Positions 1-10,942 are shown, numbered from the stretch's first letter. The stretch is 64,000 nt of DNA from Lawsonibacter sp. (GCA_050943895.1 JBMNQA010000008.1:26351-90350), one strand, 5' to 3'. Numbers and translations are program-made. Notes: generated by a model from the sequence alone, not told the origin.

Positions 1-1
1 T

Positions 2-664
2 GCTCCCGCTTATGTGATGGCGAAACATATTATTCACCTGATCTTATGCCTACAGCAACTTATTGAGTCCGATCCCCAGGTGCGGCCTTGGTTGCGGGTT
101 GCAATGGTGGAAAATTACAACGTAACTTGGGCGGAGGCCCTGATTCCTGCCTGCGATTTGTCTGAACAAATTTCTTTGGCATCAAAAGAGGCCAGTGGTA
201 CGGGGAATATGAAGTTTATGGCAAATGGTGCAGTTACTCTGGGGACTATGGACGGGGCCAATGTAGAAATTGCTCAACTGGTAGGAGCGGAAAATATTTA
301 TACCTTTGGTGCCTCCAGTGATCAGGTGATAGAATTGTACGCACAGAGCAGTTATGATCCCCTGGTATACTACCATCGACCGGAAGTGGAGCGGTTGGTG
401 GACTTTTTGGTTTCTCCTCAGTTGCTGGCCATCGGCGATTCGGAAAGCCTGTCTACTCTGTGGCAGGACATGAAACGGAAAGATTGGTTTATGGCTTTGT
501 TGGATACCCAGTCCTATATCGCGGCCAAAGAACGGGCTATAAGTGACTATCGGGACCGGAAAACCTGGGCAAGAAAGATGTTAGTCAATATCGCAAAATC
601 AGGGTATTTCTCCTCGGATCGCACAATCCGGCAATACAATGAGGAGATCTGGCATTTGGGTTAA
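2..664 (+). CDS. glgP: Glycogen/maltodextrin phosphorylase, C-terminal part (5' end lies before the window)
   Basis: Frame is open from base 2 ([11 protein letters not shown]). Contains the PLP-lysine motif [21 protein letters not shown] and the C-terminal FSSDRTI. Confidence 0.95.
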   Translation, partial: APAYVMAKHIIHLILCLQQLIESDPQVRPWLRVAMVENYNVTWAEALIPACDLSEQISLASKEASGTGNMKFMANGAVTLGTMDGANVEIAQLVGAENIYTFGASSDQVIELYAQSSYDPLVYYHRPEVERLVDFLVSPQLLAIGDSESLSTLWQDMKRKDWFMALLDTQSYIAAKERAISDYRDRKTWARKMLVNIAKSGYFSSDRTIRQYNEEIWHLG

Positions 665-731
665 GGTCCTGCAAGTACGGCTGACCGCGCCCTGGACTTT
701 TTTTGGGCGCAGTTTTTACATGGAATATGGG

Positions 732-758
732 GAAAACTTTTTTGGTGTTTCAATCGTC
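732..758 (+). promoter_or_regulatory. ECF (sigmaV/M/X-type) autoregulatory promoter
   Basis: GAAAAC (732-737), a T-rich 17-nt spacer and CGTC (755-758), ~30 nt before the ECF sigma start. Matches the AAC...CGTC ECF pattern. Confidence 0.6.
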
Positions 759-789
759 TATCTCTATGACGGGGGAAAGGAGGCTCGGA

Positions 790-1278
790 ATGGGTCCCGC
801 ATTGCTGCAGCAAGAAGTGGAAGAAGAACTTTTGCGCTCCTATCAGTCCCTTTACCGTCTGGCATATACCTATGTCAAAAATCCCGACGACGCCATGGAC
901 GTGGTGCAGGAGAGCGCATATAAAGCGATTCAAAATGCATCCGGTGTGCGCAGCAGCGCAGCCATCAAAGGCTGGCTGTGCCGGATTGTAGCGAATACAG
1001 CCCTGGATCTCCTACGTACCCGCGCCCGGGAGGTCCCAGTGGAAGAGGTTCCGGAGTCGGGCCGCGAAGATACCTATCAGGATTTGGATACCCTCCGGGC
1101 ATTGGATCGGTTGGAGGATCGTGAGCGACTGGTAGTGGTTCTACGCTTTTTTGAAGATATGAAGCTTCAGGATATTGCTCTGGCCACCGGAGAAAACTTA
1201 AATACGGTTAAAACCGTCCTGTACCGGAGTTTAAAAAAACTCCGGGTTCAACTATCGGAAGGAGAGTCACTTGAATGA
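790..1278 (+). CDS. sigV: ECF RNA polymerase sigma factor, SigV/CsfV-like
   Basis: Region 2 (DAMDVVQESAYKA...WLCRIVANTALD) and region 4 (LRFFEDMKLQDIA...NTVKTVLYR). AAAGGAGG RBS before ATG 790. Stop overlaps the anti-sigma start. Confidence 0.85.
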   Translation: MGPALLQQEVEEELLRSYQSLYRLAYTYVKNPDDAMDVVQESAYKAIQNASGVRSSAAIKGWLCRIVANTALDLLRTRAREVPVEEVPESGREDTYQDLDTLRALDRLEDRERLVVVLRFFEDMKLQDIALATGENLNTVKTVLYRSLKKLRVQLSEGESLE

Positions 1279-2174
1279 GAGATGACCGTCTGGAGTCTAT
1301 GAGAGGGGAGTACCACTCCATCCCCATCCCCGACCAGCTGGAATTCCGGGTCCGCTCCAGTATCCAGCAAGCCAAACGAGATTGTAATCCCTCAAAAAAT
1401 ACCAAAGGAGGCCTCTATCGGGTGCTGAAACGCACCGGGTTAACCACCGCCGCCGCGATGCTGGGCATTGTGATACTGGCCAACGCCAGCCCCTCTGTGG
1501 CCTACGCTATGGAACAGGTGCCTGTTTTGGGAGCCATCACCCGCGTCTTTACGTTCCGTACCTATGAATATCAAGGGGATAAGACCTCCGCCCATATTGA
1601 AGTTCCTCAAGTGGAAGGTGGCAGCCAAGAATTGAATGAAGCAATTGTGGCCTACACCGACACGATTATTCAGCAGTACCAACAGGATGCTGGTCTGTAT
1701 CAAGGCGCTCCGGAAGGAGAGACGGATCATTATCTTCTAGATCTTACCTACACCGTGGTTACGGACAATGATACACTCTTTGCTCTGCGTTTTGACCAAA
1801 CGGAAATTACGGCCAGCGGTGTGGAGTCAGCTAAGGTTTACAATGTAGACAAGAGGACTGGAGAAATTTTAACCTTGGAAGACTTGTTCCAGCCGAACAG
1901 CAGCTATCTGGAGGTACTCACTCAGGCAGTCCAAGAGCAGATGGCGCAGCGCATGGAACAAGATGAAGAGCAGTACTACTGGTTAGATGATCCGGTAGAG
2001 GCATGGAACTTTACGCAACTGTCCCCAGATGCCGACTTCTATGTAGATGAGCAAGGAGATTTGGTGCTGGTCTTTGATGAGGGAGAGGTGGCCCCTATGT
2101 ACATGGGGCTAGTGGAATTTACCATTCCCGCCAAGGATTTGGAAGGACTGGCCATTCCAGACTATTTGGGATAA
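1275..2174 (+). CDS. rsiV: Anti-sigma-V factor RsiV-like (DUF3298-type ectodomain)
   Basis: 4-nt overlap with sigV. Has Y..IPIP..L at the N-terminus, one TM segment, an AYA|MEQVPVLG signal-peptidase site like RsiV, and C-terminal FYVD..G.LVLVFDEGEVAPMYMG. Confidence 0.85.
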   Translation: MRDDRLESMRGEYHSIPIPDQLEFRVRSSIQQAKRDCNPSKNTKGGLYRVLKRTGLTTAAAMLGIVILANASPSVAYAMEQVPVLGAITRVFTFRTYEYQGDKTSAHIEVPQVEGGSQELNEAIVAYTDTIIQQYQQDAGLYQGAPEGETDHYLLDLTYTVVTDNDTLFALRFDQTEITASGVESAKVYNVDKRTGEILTLEDLFQPNSSYLEVLTQAVQEQMAQRMEQDEEQYYWLDDPVEAWNFTQLSPDADFYVDEQGDLVLVFDEGEVAPMYMGLVEFTIPAKDLEGLAIPDYLG

Positions 2175-2197
2175 GATCCTATTGCAGCGTAGAAAAG

Positions 2198-2235
2198 AAA
2201 AACCAGAACCAGGATATCCTGGTTCTGGTTTTTTT
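2198..2235 (+). terminator. Intrinsic terminator after rsiV
   Basis: AAAAACCAGAACCAGG-ATAT-CCTGGTTCTGGTTTTT followed by a T tract. Confidence 0.85.
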
Positions 2236-2473
2236 GTAGGGACCAAGCGAGGATAATTTGAACTACATTGATTCTGGTGGAATGGTGTTCGGATTTATCC
2301 GTTCGATTGAAAATGTCACGAGATGAAAATGGGAGAGGAGTTTCTATTGCACGCTCCCATGTGTTTTATGGAATCGGCCACATGATTATATGGAAGTAAC
2401 AATTAGAAGCGTACAAGTAACAATACTTAAATTATTTTTATGGTATGATTGTGAACGACAAGGAGGCGTTCAT

Positions 2474-3133
2474 GTGGAATTCGGCAAGAAGTTAAAAAAG
2501 ATACGATTAGAGAATGGACTCTCACAGCAGAAGTTGGCAGATAAGATTTTTGTGAGCCGAAGTGCTGTTGCGAAATGGGAGAATGGGTTGGGATTCCCCT
2601 CAGAGGAATCTCTAGAACAATTAGCAAAAAATTTCTGTGTATCAAAAGAATTTTTTGCAACGGAAGAAGCAGAAAAGACAATTATCAATAAAAACCGAAA
2701 GATTTTAAAACTGTCTAGTTCATTATATGCTGCTGTAGCATTGTTTATTGCCATATTTATTTTATATGCATTGTTTCACCCGGTACACTATAGTGTAACA
2801 GCAACCTGTAATGAAATAGAAGTTCAAAAATGGGATGAAAGGCCAATGTCTTTTAAAATCACCGATGAGGAAACGATAGAAGCGCTGATTGATATACTGA
2901 ACAATACGACATTCCAAAAATCCTTGCGTGTAAATGCAGGAGAAGATTATCCGCCATCAACGGAAGCGATCTTGATGTTAAGGGCTGCAAACGGAATGGG
3001 GTGTACGGTTATGTTCTGCTCAACGCCTCAACACGCCTGTGTGTATGTGTCTCATAGTGGTGGAGAACTAGTAGCGGTTAATCCGGAAATTTTGAGTAAT
3101 TATATTGTCCAACTATTGAAAAAAGAAGCCTAG
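2474..3133 (+). CDS. XRE-family HTH regulator with a transmembrane helix and C-terminal extracytoplasmic domain (AT-rich)
   Basis: AGGAGG RBS then GTG 2474. HTH: LSQQKLADKIFVSRSAVAKWENG. Hydrophobic stretch AAVALFIAIFILYALF. Confidence 0.8.
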   Translation: MEFGKKLKKIRLENGLSQQKLADKIFVSRSAVAKWENGLGFPSEESLEQLAKNFCVSKEFFATEEAEKTIINKNRKILKLSSSLYAAVALFIAIFILYALFHPVHYSVTATCNEIEVQKWDERPMSFKITDEETIEALIDILNNTTFQKSLRVNAGEDYPPSTEAILMLRAANGMGCTVMFCSTPQHACVYVSHSGGELVAVNPEILSNYIVQLLKKEA

Positions 3134-3178
3134 GGTTTTGGATATAATCTTAATTCCTTGTATTCAAGAAGGGCGAGA

Positions 3179-4501
3179 TTAGGATGAAAAGTCAAGATGC
3201 CGTTTTCTTTGCTGATAGAGCAAACATGCCAGTAAAAATACAAAGACTTCAGTAAGAGGAAAGGCAAGCCAGAGCCCGGTAATGCCCCAAAACGCTGGAA
3301 GTAGGAATGCCAGAGGAATGATAAGCAAGAATCCACGTAGCAGGGAAATCGCATGAGCGGGACGAGGGTATGCAGTAGAGGTAAAATACATAGATAAAAC
3401 AATGTTCCAACCAGCCCATGGGAAGGCGGTAAAATATAGCCGAAGCCCTTTTACTGCAGTGGCCTGTAGAGCGGGATCGCCGCTTTCATTGAATATAGAG
3501 GCAATTGGGCCCGCCCAGATGGATACCAACAGATTGAGCGCAACTGATACAACTCCCACCGTGATCATGGCATAGCGTAAAGCAAATCCAATTCCGGTGG
3601 GAACGCCAGTGCCCCAGTAGCGACTGAGCAGGGGCTGAATCCCCTGTGCAATGCCGGTGAAAATGGCTAGTACCACCAGGGATAAGTTGGCGACCACCCC
3701 GTAGGCTGCTACCCCCAAGCTGCCTTGTAGATATAGCAAGATGAAATTAAAAACAATCATCACTACCCCGGAAGATACCTCTGTGACCAAAGAAGGAATT
3801 CCGGCCCCCGTACATAGCCCCACTAAGGATGGAGAAGGACGGCAAGGAACTGGATAAAAGGTGTTGCGTCGGCGGAGGAAGAAGGGGGACAGAATCCCTA
3901 AGCTGATAAGAGGTGCCAGCCCAGTGGCAAATACTGCGCCAAAGATGCCCAGATTCAATGGGGCCATAAACAAGTAGTCCAGTACGATATTGGATAAACT
4001 GCCGGATACCATAGCAACCATGGCGCGTTGAGGGGCTCCATCGTTGCGCACAAAACAAAGCAGCAGATCATTTAATAAAAAGGCTGGAGAGAAAAAACAC
4101 AGAACTTGAATATAAGTCTGTGTCATAGGTAAGACGGCCCCTTCCGCGCCCAACCAAGTGGCGAGATGTTGAGCGAAGAGCCCGCCGCAGGCAAAAAAAC
4201 ATCCTGCAAATATTGCAGCAATGGTTAAAACATGAGTAAAGACGACACAACTCTCATTCTCTCGGCCCTGATGCTTTAAGATGGAAAAACGGGTAGCCCC
4301 GCCCATTCCCAGCATCAGGCCGGTTCCGTGAATAAAGCTATAAACGGGGATTGCTAAATTCAATGCAGCCAGTCCATCTTGCCCCAAGGCGTTGGCGACA
4401 AAATAGGTGTCGGCCAAAATATAGCAGGAGAGAGCTAACATTCCTAAAACGTTTAAAGTGCAGTATTGGGCAAAATCTCGAAAACAAGTGCGGCGATCCA
4501 A
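3179..4501 (-). CDS. MATE family efflux transporter (MepA-like)
   Basis: ADTYFVANALG..GLAALNLAIP, FVRNDGAP, NIVLDYLF, GIAQGIQPLLS; ~12 TM segments. GGAGG RBS 8-9 nt before TTG. Confidence 0.9.
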   Translation of the reverse strand: MDRRTCFRDFAQYCTLNVLGMLALSCYILADTYFVANALGQDGLAALNLAIPVYSFIHGTGLMLGMGGATRFSILKHQGRENESCVVFTHVLTIAAIFAGCFFACGGLFAQHLATWLGAEGAVLPMTQTYIQVLCFFSPAFLLNDLLLCFVRNDGAPQRAMVAMVSGSLSNIVLDYLFMAPLNLGIFGAVFATGLAPLISLGILSPFFLRRRNTFYPVPCRPSPSLVGLCTGAGIPSLVTEVSSGVVMIVFNFILLYLQGSLGVAAYGVVANLSLVVLAIFTGIAQGIQPLLSRYWGTGVPTGIGFALRYAMITVGVVSVALNLLVSIWAGPIASIFNESGDPALQATAVKGLRLYFTAFPWAGWNIVLSMYFTSTAYPRPAHAISLLRGFLLIIPLAFLLPAFWGITGLWLAFPLTEVFVFLLACLLYQQRKRHLDFSS

Positions 4502-4519
4502 CAGGACATCCCTCCAGAC

Positions 4520-4606
4520 AAAAAGAATGCGCCACAGCTTCCCACCTGCTAGGGCCTACCGGCGGGAAGTTGGGCGCACTGCCCTTCAACCCGGCGGCTG
4601 AAAGGC
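4520..4606 (-). ncRNA. Guanidine-IV (GGAM-1)-type riboswitch in the MATE leader
   Basis: P1 is GCCUUUCAGCC-[GCCG]-GGUUGAAGGGC. It is followed by a long terminator hairpin UGCGCC..ACUUCCCGCC-GG[UAGGC]CC..GGUGGGAAG..GGCGCA-UUCUUUUU. Loop GCC can kiss loop GGC. Lies between a sigmaA promoter and the MATE RBS. Confidence 0.8.
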
Positions 4607-4629
4607 ACAACATTTCTATAATCGGTGGT

Positions 4630-4658
4630 ATCATACGATACTCTACTTCAAAAGTCAA
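4630..4658 (-). promoter_or_regulatory. sigmaA promoter for the riboswitch-MATE transcript
   Basis: TTGACT-N17-TATGAT on the minus strand. Confidence 0.75.
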
Positions 4659-4674
4659 GATGGAAACATAGCAA

Positions 4675-6300
4675 TTATTCCTCTGTTTTCTCTTGTAGTT
4701 CCTTTCTCGTTTTGGCTGCCGCTACAAAATCCCGAAAGAGAGGATGAGCGCGGTTCGGCCGGCTTTTTAATTCTGGATGGAATTGTACTCCAACAAACCA
4801 TGGGTGGTTAGGAAGTTCTACAATTTCTACCAGGCGACCATCTGGAGAAAGACCGGTTAGACAAAGTCCGGCATCGGTGAGGGTTTGGCGGTAAGCATTA
4901 TTGAATTCATAGCGGTGGCGGTGACGCTCCGCAATCTGATTGGTGGCGTAGGCGCGGTAGGTAAAGGTATCATGACTGATAATCTGGCAGGGATAGGAGC
5001 CTAGGCGCATGGTCCCCCCTTTATCGGTTACCTCACGCTGGTCCGGCATCAAATCAATGACCGGATGACGTGTGGTAGGATTCAATTCACTGGAGTGTGC
5101 GTCGGTCAGACCACAAACGTGGCGTGCATATTCAATGACTGCCATCTGCATCCCTAGGCAGATGCCGAAAAAGGGCACCTTGTGTTCTCGTGCATAGCGA
5201 ACAGCACGAATTTTTCCTTCAATGCCACGGTCGCCGAACCCGCCAGGTACTAGAATCCCATGACAGCCTTCTAAAATTTGATCTATATTTTTTTCATGGA
5301 CTGTCTCGGAATCAATCCAACGCACGGTGACCTTCACATCATTTTCAATTCCTCCATGGGTTAGTGCCTCGACTACGGACAAATAGGCGTCATGGAGGGA
5401 GACATATTTGCCAACAAGTCCAATTTCTACTGTCCCATTGGGATTTTTGGCGCGGTGAACCATGGTGGCCCATTCTGTGAGGTCTGGCATGTGGCAGATA
5501 AGTCCCAGCCGGCGTACTACCACGTCCGCTAGACCTGCGCGCTCTAGCATCAAAGGCACCTCATAGAGCAGATCAGCTGTTAGATTGGGGATTGCATTTT
5601 CTCGGGGAATGCCGCAGAACAAAGAAATTTTTTCTAATATTTCGTCGGGAATGGGAGTATCGCTGCGGCAGATAATAACATCTGGTTGGATGCCGAGAGA
5701 GAGCAGTTCCTTTGCGGAATGCTGGGTGGGCTTAGACTTCAATTCTCCGGTGCCAGGTATGGAAACGATAAGGGAGACATGTAAAAACATTACGTTTTGC
5801 CGCCCTCGCTCTGCTGCCACTTGTCGGATAGACTCCAAAAAGGGCTGGGATTCAATGTCGCCTACCGTTCCACCAATTTCCACAATGGCCACATCGGTAT
5901 CCGGAGTATCTAGCGCATAGATGTGAGCCTTGATTTCCTCTGTAATGTGAGGAATAATCTGAACGGTGCCTCCCAAATAATCTCCGCGACGTTCACGATT
6001 TAATACATCCCAATAGACACGACCGGAGGATACGGAGGAGTGGATCGTTAGATTTTCGTCAATAAAGCGTTCGTAGTGGCCTAGATCCAGATCCGTTTCC
6101 GCTCCATCGTCCGTAACAAAAACTTCTCCGTGTTGGTAGGGACTCATGGTGCCCGGATCCACATTTAGATAGGGATCTAATTTTTGAACTTTGATTCGTA
6201 GGCCCCTCTGCTTGAGCAATCGACCTAGCGAGGCGGCGGTAATGCCCTTTCCTAGGCCAGATACTACGCCTCCTGTAACAAAAATGTATTTTGCACCCAT
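4675..6300 (-). CDS. pyrG: CTP synthase
   Basis: [56 protein letters not shown]. Confidence 0.98.
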   Translation of the reverse strand: MGAKYIFVTGGVVSGLGKGITAASLGRLLKQRGLRIKVQKLDPYLNVDPGTMSPYQHGEVFVTDDGAETDLDLGHYERFIDENLTIHSSVSSGRVYWDVLNRERRGDYLGGTVQIIPHITEEIKAHIYALDTPDTDVAIVEIGGTVGDIESQPFLESIRQVAAERGRQNVMFLHVSLIVSIPGTGELKSKPTQHSAKELLSLGIQPDVIICRSDTPIPDEILEKISLFCGIPRENAIPNLTADLLYEVPLMLERAGLADVVVRRLGLICHMPDLTEWATMVHRAKNPNGTVEIGLVGKYVSLHDAYLSVVEALTHGGIENDVKVTVRWIDSETVHEKNIDQILEGCHGILVPGGFGDRGIEGKIRAVRYAREHKVPFFGICLGMQMAVIEYARHVCGLTDAHSSELNPTTRHPVIDLMPDQREVTDKGGTMRLGSYPCQIISHDTFTYRAYATNQIAERHRHRYEFNNAYRQTLTDAGLCLTGLSPDGRLVEIVELPNHPWFVGVQFHPELKSRPNRAHPLFRDFVAAAKTRKELQEKTEE

Positions 6301-6372
6301 GATAATCGTCCTCCGTTTTCTTTAGTATGCCATCCTTTTCCGGAAATAAATACAATGTAGTCAAATAGATAA

Positions 6373-6403
6373 GCGCCCCTGGGAGATCCTTCTCCCGGGG
6401 GCG
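6373..6403 (-). terminator. GC-rich hairpin after the DUF1846 gene
   Basis: GCGCCCCTGGGAGA-TCCT-TCTCCCGGGGGCGC. The U tract is weak. Confidence 0.55.
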
Positions 6404-6415
6404 CCTCATTGCGCA

Positions 6416-7903
6416 TTACGGATGATACAATTTGTTCGTCTGATATTGGGGTTCACACGTCAGCTGTAGGCCGAGTTTTTTATATGTTGTCTCATCAGCA
6501 GGAGACAGAATGACAGAGCAATGAGCCTGACACCCTTTTAAACGGGCCAACACATTCAGCGCCTTTGCTGCTCTGGGATCCAAATTAGCCGAAGCAGCCA
6601 GCGCAATAAGCACTTCGTCGCTGTGCAAGCGGGGGTTATTGGAACCCAAATATTGGACTTTAACTGTCTGGATGGGCTGAATCGCACTCTGGGCGATGAG
6701 GTGAACTCCATGTCCGCCAGCACCGGATAGTCTCTTGAGGGCATTGAGGAGTGCAGCGGCGGAGCATCCCATAAGTTCAGAGGTTTTTCCAGTGACAATT
6801 TCTCCGTCAGACAGCTGAATCGCCATAGCTGGCTGACCAGTTTCATCCGCTAGACGGTTGGCTTCCGCCACCACAGGGCGAATGCTGGGAGAGATTCCTG
6901 CCTGCTGCATAAGCAGTTCCAGTTTATACACTGTGTTGTCGGTTCCCTTCCCTTGACGCCGCTCACATAGTGCGTCATAGTACCGCCGCACAATTTCCTG
7001 TTGGGCGGCCTGCTGGCACACCTCGTCATTGGTGATGCAGTTACCTGCCATATTGACGCCCATGTCTGTAGGAGATTTATAGGGACAGCTGCCAGTAATT
7101 TTCTCAAACATTGCAGCTAAAACCGGGAAAACTTCAACGTCTCGATTATAATTGACGGTGGTCTGTCCATATGCCTGGAGATGGAATGGATCAATCATGT
7201 TCACATCGTCCAAATCGGCAGTAGCTGCTTCGTAGGCTAGGTTGACGGGGTGCTTCAATGGTAGATTCCAGATAGGGAAGGTCTCAAATTTGGCGTATCC
7301 AGCCACAATACCTCGCTTATGGTCGTGGTAAAGTTGAGACAGGCAAGTGGCCATTTTACCGCTCCCCGGTCCAGGGGCAGTGACAACTACCAGAGGGCGG
7401 GAAGTCTCCATATATTCATTTTTGCCGAATCCCTCATCGCTTACAATTTTTGTAATATTATGGGGATAGCCTACAATGGGATAATGCCTACGCACCTGAA
7501 CGCCTAACGATTCTAGGCGCTGCTGAAAAGCGTCGGCAGCAGGCTGCCCGGCGTACTGTGTAACCACTACGCCGCAAACAGGGAGACCGCGGCCGCGAAA
7601 AACGTCAATAAGCCGGAGAACGTCACTGTCATATGTAATACCAAGGTCGCCACGTACTTTATTTTTTTCAATATCTCCCGCATTAATGACCAGGATGATC
7701 TCCGCTTTATCTTTTAGCTGCTCCAGCATCCGGATTTTACTATCTGGTTCAAAGCCGGGAAGGACCCGGGAGGCATGGTAGTCGTCAAACAATTTGCCAC
7801 CAAACTCTAAATACAGCTTGCCGCCGAACTGGGCGAGCCGATCCCGGATATGCTGCGACTGCAGATGCAGGTATTGTTGGTTGTCAAAACCTGTTCTGGC
7901 CAA
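6416..7903 (-). CDS. DUF1846 / UPF0371 family protein (P-loop, function unknown)
   Basis: KLYLEFGGKLFDDYHASRVLPGF, VVVTAPGPGSGKMATCLSQLYH, YAKFETFPIWN, RLHSDEVLIAL. Confidence 0.85.
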   Translation of the reverse strand: MARTGFDNQQYLHLQSQHIRDRLAQFGGKLYLEFGGKLFDDYHASRVLPGFEPDSKIRMLEQLKDKAEIILVINAGDIEKNKVRGDLGITYDSDVLRLIDVFRGRGLPVCGVVVTQYAGQPAADAFQQRLESLGVQVRRHYPIVGYPHNITKIVSDEGFGKNEYMETSRPLVVVTAPGPGSGKMATCLSQLYHDHKRGIVAGYAKFETFPIWNLPLKHPVNLAYEAATADLDDVNMIDPFHLQAYGQTTVNYNRDVEVFPVLAAMFEKITGSCPYKSPTDMGVNMAGNCITNDEVCQQAAQQEIVRRYYDALCERRQGKGTDNTVYKLELLMQQAGISPSIRPVVAEANRLADETGQPAMAIQLSDGEIVTGKTSELMGCSAAALLNALKRLSGAGGHGVHLIAQSAIQPIQTVKVQYLGSNNPRLHSDEVLIALAASANLDPRAAKALNVLARLKGCQAHCSVILSPADETTYKKLGLQLTCEPQYQTNKLYHP

Positions 7904-8039
7904 AGCAATCCCTCCTAACAGAAAATGGTCTGGAAAAAATACCTGATTATTTTACATCCGTCAAACCGACAGCGTCAAGGGCTTTTCCAAAATAAATTCC
8001 TGCCCGTTTTTTCGTAGTATATAACGGGCAGGAATAGGA

Positions 8040-9068
8040 TTAATCCAAGTCATCGAAAGAAAACAGGTTGGCAGGGAGAATGTCGGACAGCCCTACCAAC
8101 AAGGGAGAAAAACCGCCGTCCTGTTGAAGGTGAGGGGCATTTACGGTAAGATGTGGATCCAGGGGAGTAACGGGGAGAGAAAGGACTAGAGTGGGCGATG
8201 CCTGGTCCCAATGTACCAGCAGCGCACCTTGGTGCAAAGAGGTAATGTGTCGCGCGACAGTAAGACCAAGACCTGCGCCGGAGGTGGGTGTGGGCAAATA
8301 TTGGTCGGAATCTTGTTGTAATAGAGCAGCCAACTGTCGGGCGGTAAGGGCGGACCCACTGTCAGATATGGTGAGTACGGCGCGACTTGGCGGATTATTA
8401 AGGCGTAATTCAATGTGGCCTGTGCCAATGGCCCGGGCTGCATTGGCAATTAACTCCACAAGCAGCCGACGCAATAAAGTCGGGTCTCCGGGGAGCAGTA
8501 GGGTGTCTTGGGGTGTAAAAAACGACAAAGTAATGCCAGTGTTTTTCAATAAGTGGTTGGCTTCTGACACAACATCCCGACAAAGCCGGACAAAGTCCAT
8601 AGAAGATGGGGAAAAGGCGGGATGATTTGAGTCGCTGGAGAGGCGAATATAATCCAAATTGTCCACTAATCGAAAAAGCTGATAAAAGCTTTTTTGGAAT
8701 AAACCGCGCTGTTGGCTTGGAATGGCATCCGCCTGTCCCAACAGTTGTGTTAATAACGTGCGCAACTGGCGTAAAGTTCCATCCAGCTGAACGTCGCTCA
8801 ACTGAGTCTGGGGGGCAGGGGAAAAGAACATCCATAAACCCTCGGACGTTTTTGCTGTGCGGAACATATAGGTACTAATTCCGTGGGTAAATGTTCCGGA
8901 CTGACAATTTCCCTCAAAAGGAGGAAAGTAGGGGGGAATAGGATCCTGGTCATTTAGATGGGGTAAATAGTGCCGTGCCAATGCATTTGAAACCAAAATC
9001 CGCCCGCCGTCTAGCAGCACCGCGGCTTCCGGGAAAGATTCCCAAAAAGATTGATTTAAATCAGACAT
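8040..9068 (-). CDS. Soluble histidine-kinase-like protein (HATPase) apparently lacking the phospho-acceptor His
   Basis: N box (ELIANA), G1 (ISDSG) and G2 (GAGLGL) are present. The H-box position reads TLRQLRTLLT instead of xxHELRTPL. No TM segment. Confidence 0.75.
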   Translation of the reverse strand: MSDLNQSFWESFPEAAVLLDGGRILVSNALARHYLPHLNDQDPIPPYFPPFEGNCQSGTFTHGISTYMFRTAKTSEGLWMFFSPAPQTQLSDVQLDGTLRQLRTLLTQLLGQADAIPSQQRGLFQKSFYQLFRLVDNLDYIRLSSDSNHPAFSPSSMDFVRLCRDVVSEANHLLKNTGITLSFFTPQDTLLLPGDPTLLRRLLVELIANAARAIGTGHIELRLNNPPSRAVLTISDSGSALTARQLAALLQQDSDQYLPTPTSGAGLGLTVARHITSLHQGALLVHWDQASPTLVLSLPVTPLDPHLTVNAPHLQQDGGFSPLLVGLSDILPANLFSFDDLD

Positions 9069-9437
9069 AGCGCTCCTCTTTTTCTTTCTTGTTGCCTGGC
9101 AATCATACAATGTGGAGACAGGGATATTTTTAGCCAGGCATCTTATCTTATATCATACGAAAGCATTCTCATTCACGCAAACTGAGTATAACAAAGTTTT
9201 CCAGTTACAACAAGAGGCAGGCGAAAAAAGTTGAAATAAGACGAGTGCAATTCAACCTGGGAGTTAACGGAAAAAAAGAGGAAAAATATCGCTTAAGCCC
9301 TTCCTTGCTTGCGGTATGGCTAATTTTAATTGGAAAATTTTCTGAATTCTGGGAAAAAACACACTATCAAAAACCGGGAAAAAAGGATATAATATACCAT
9401 GAACCAAAGAAAAAGTGTTTTTTGATTTTGAAATTGA

Positions 9438-10466
<1,029 letters not shown>

Positions 10467-10607
10467 TTTTATTAGGAGAAGCCATTTAAATAACTTTTTG
10501 AATTACTTTGCTCGATGTGAACTTCATGATGCTTTGAGCAAACCATAATAATTGGAGTAACGGTGTGTTTCGTTGTTCCAATAACAGAATTCCTCAAAGG
10601 ACAAAAG

Positions 10608-10652
10608 AAACACTCCTTTTTCGGTAACTTAGCCGGAGAAGGAGTGTTTTTT
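10608..10652 (+). terminator. Intrinsic terminator downstream of gap
   Basis: AAACACTCCTT...AAGGAGTGTTT followed by T residues. Confidence 0.75.
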
Positions 10653-10942
10653 GTGTGGTATAATAGTTATAAAAAAGTATACGGCTAGGAGAAAAAACTT
10701 TAAAATTTGGGACAGCTTGAAGGAGGCCATTTGAAGAGCGTTATTAGGGGATGTAGAATTTGGGAAACAGAGACAAACAGGAAAGAAATAGTAGGCAAAT
10801 ATTATCTAAGCAATAAACGTATTTGTAAGTTATTTGCTTCAAACAAAGTCTACGCAATATTATAAAAAAGCAAATAATTGACAATAATTAAAAAATATGA
10901 TTGAATTGAAATGTAAAATTTTAATAAAAGCGGAGTGTACAT

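Noticed and set aside
6300-6370. Bacillus-type pyrG reiterative-transcription attenuator
   Set aside because: No 5' GGGC start with a leader terminator between a promoter and the pyrG RBS.
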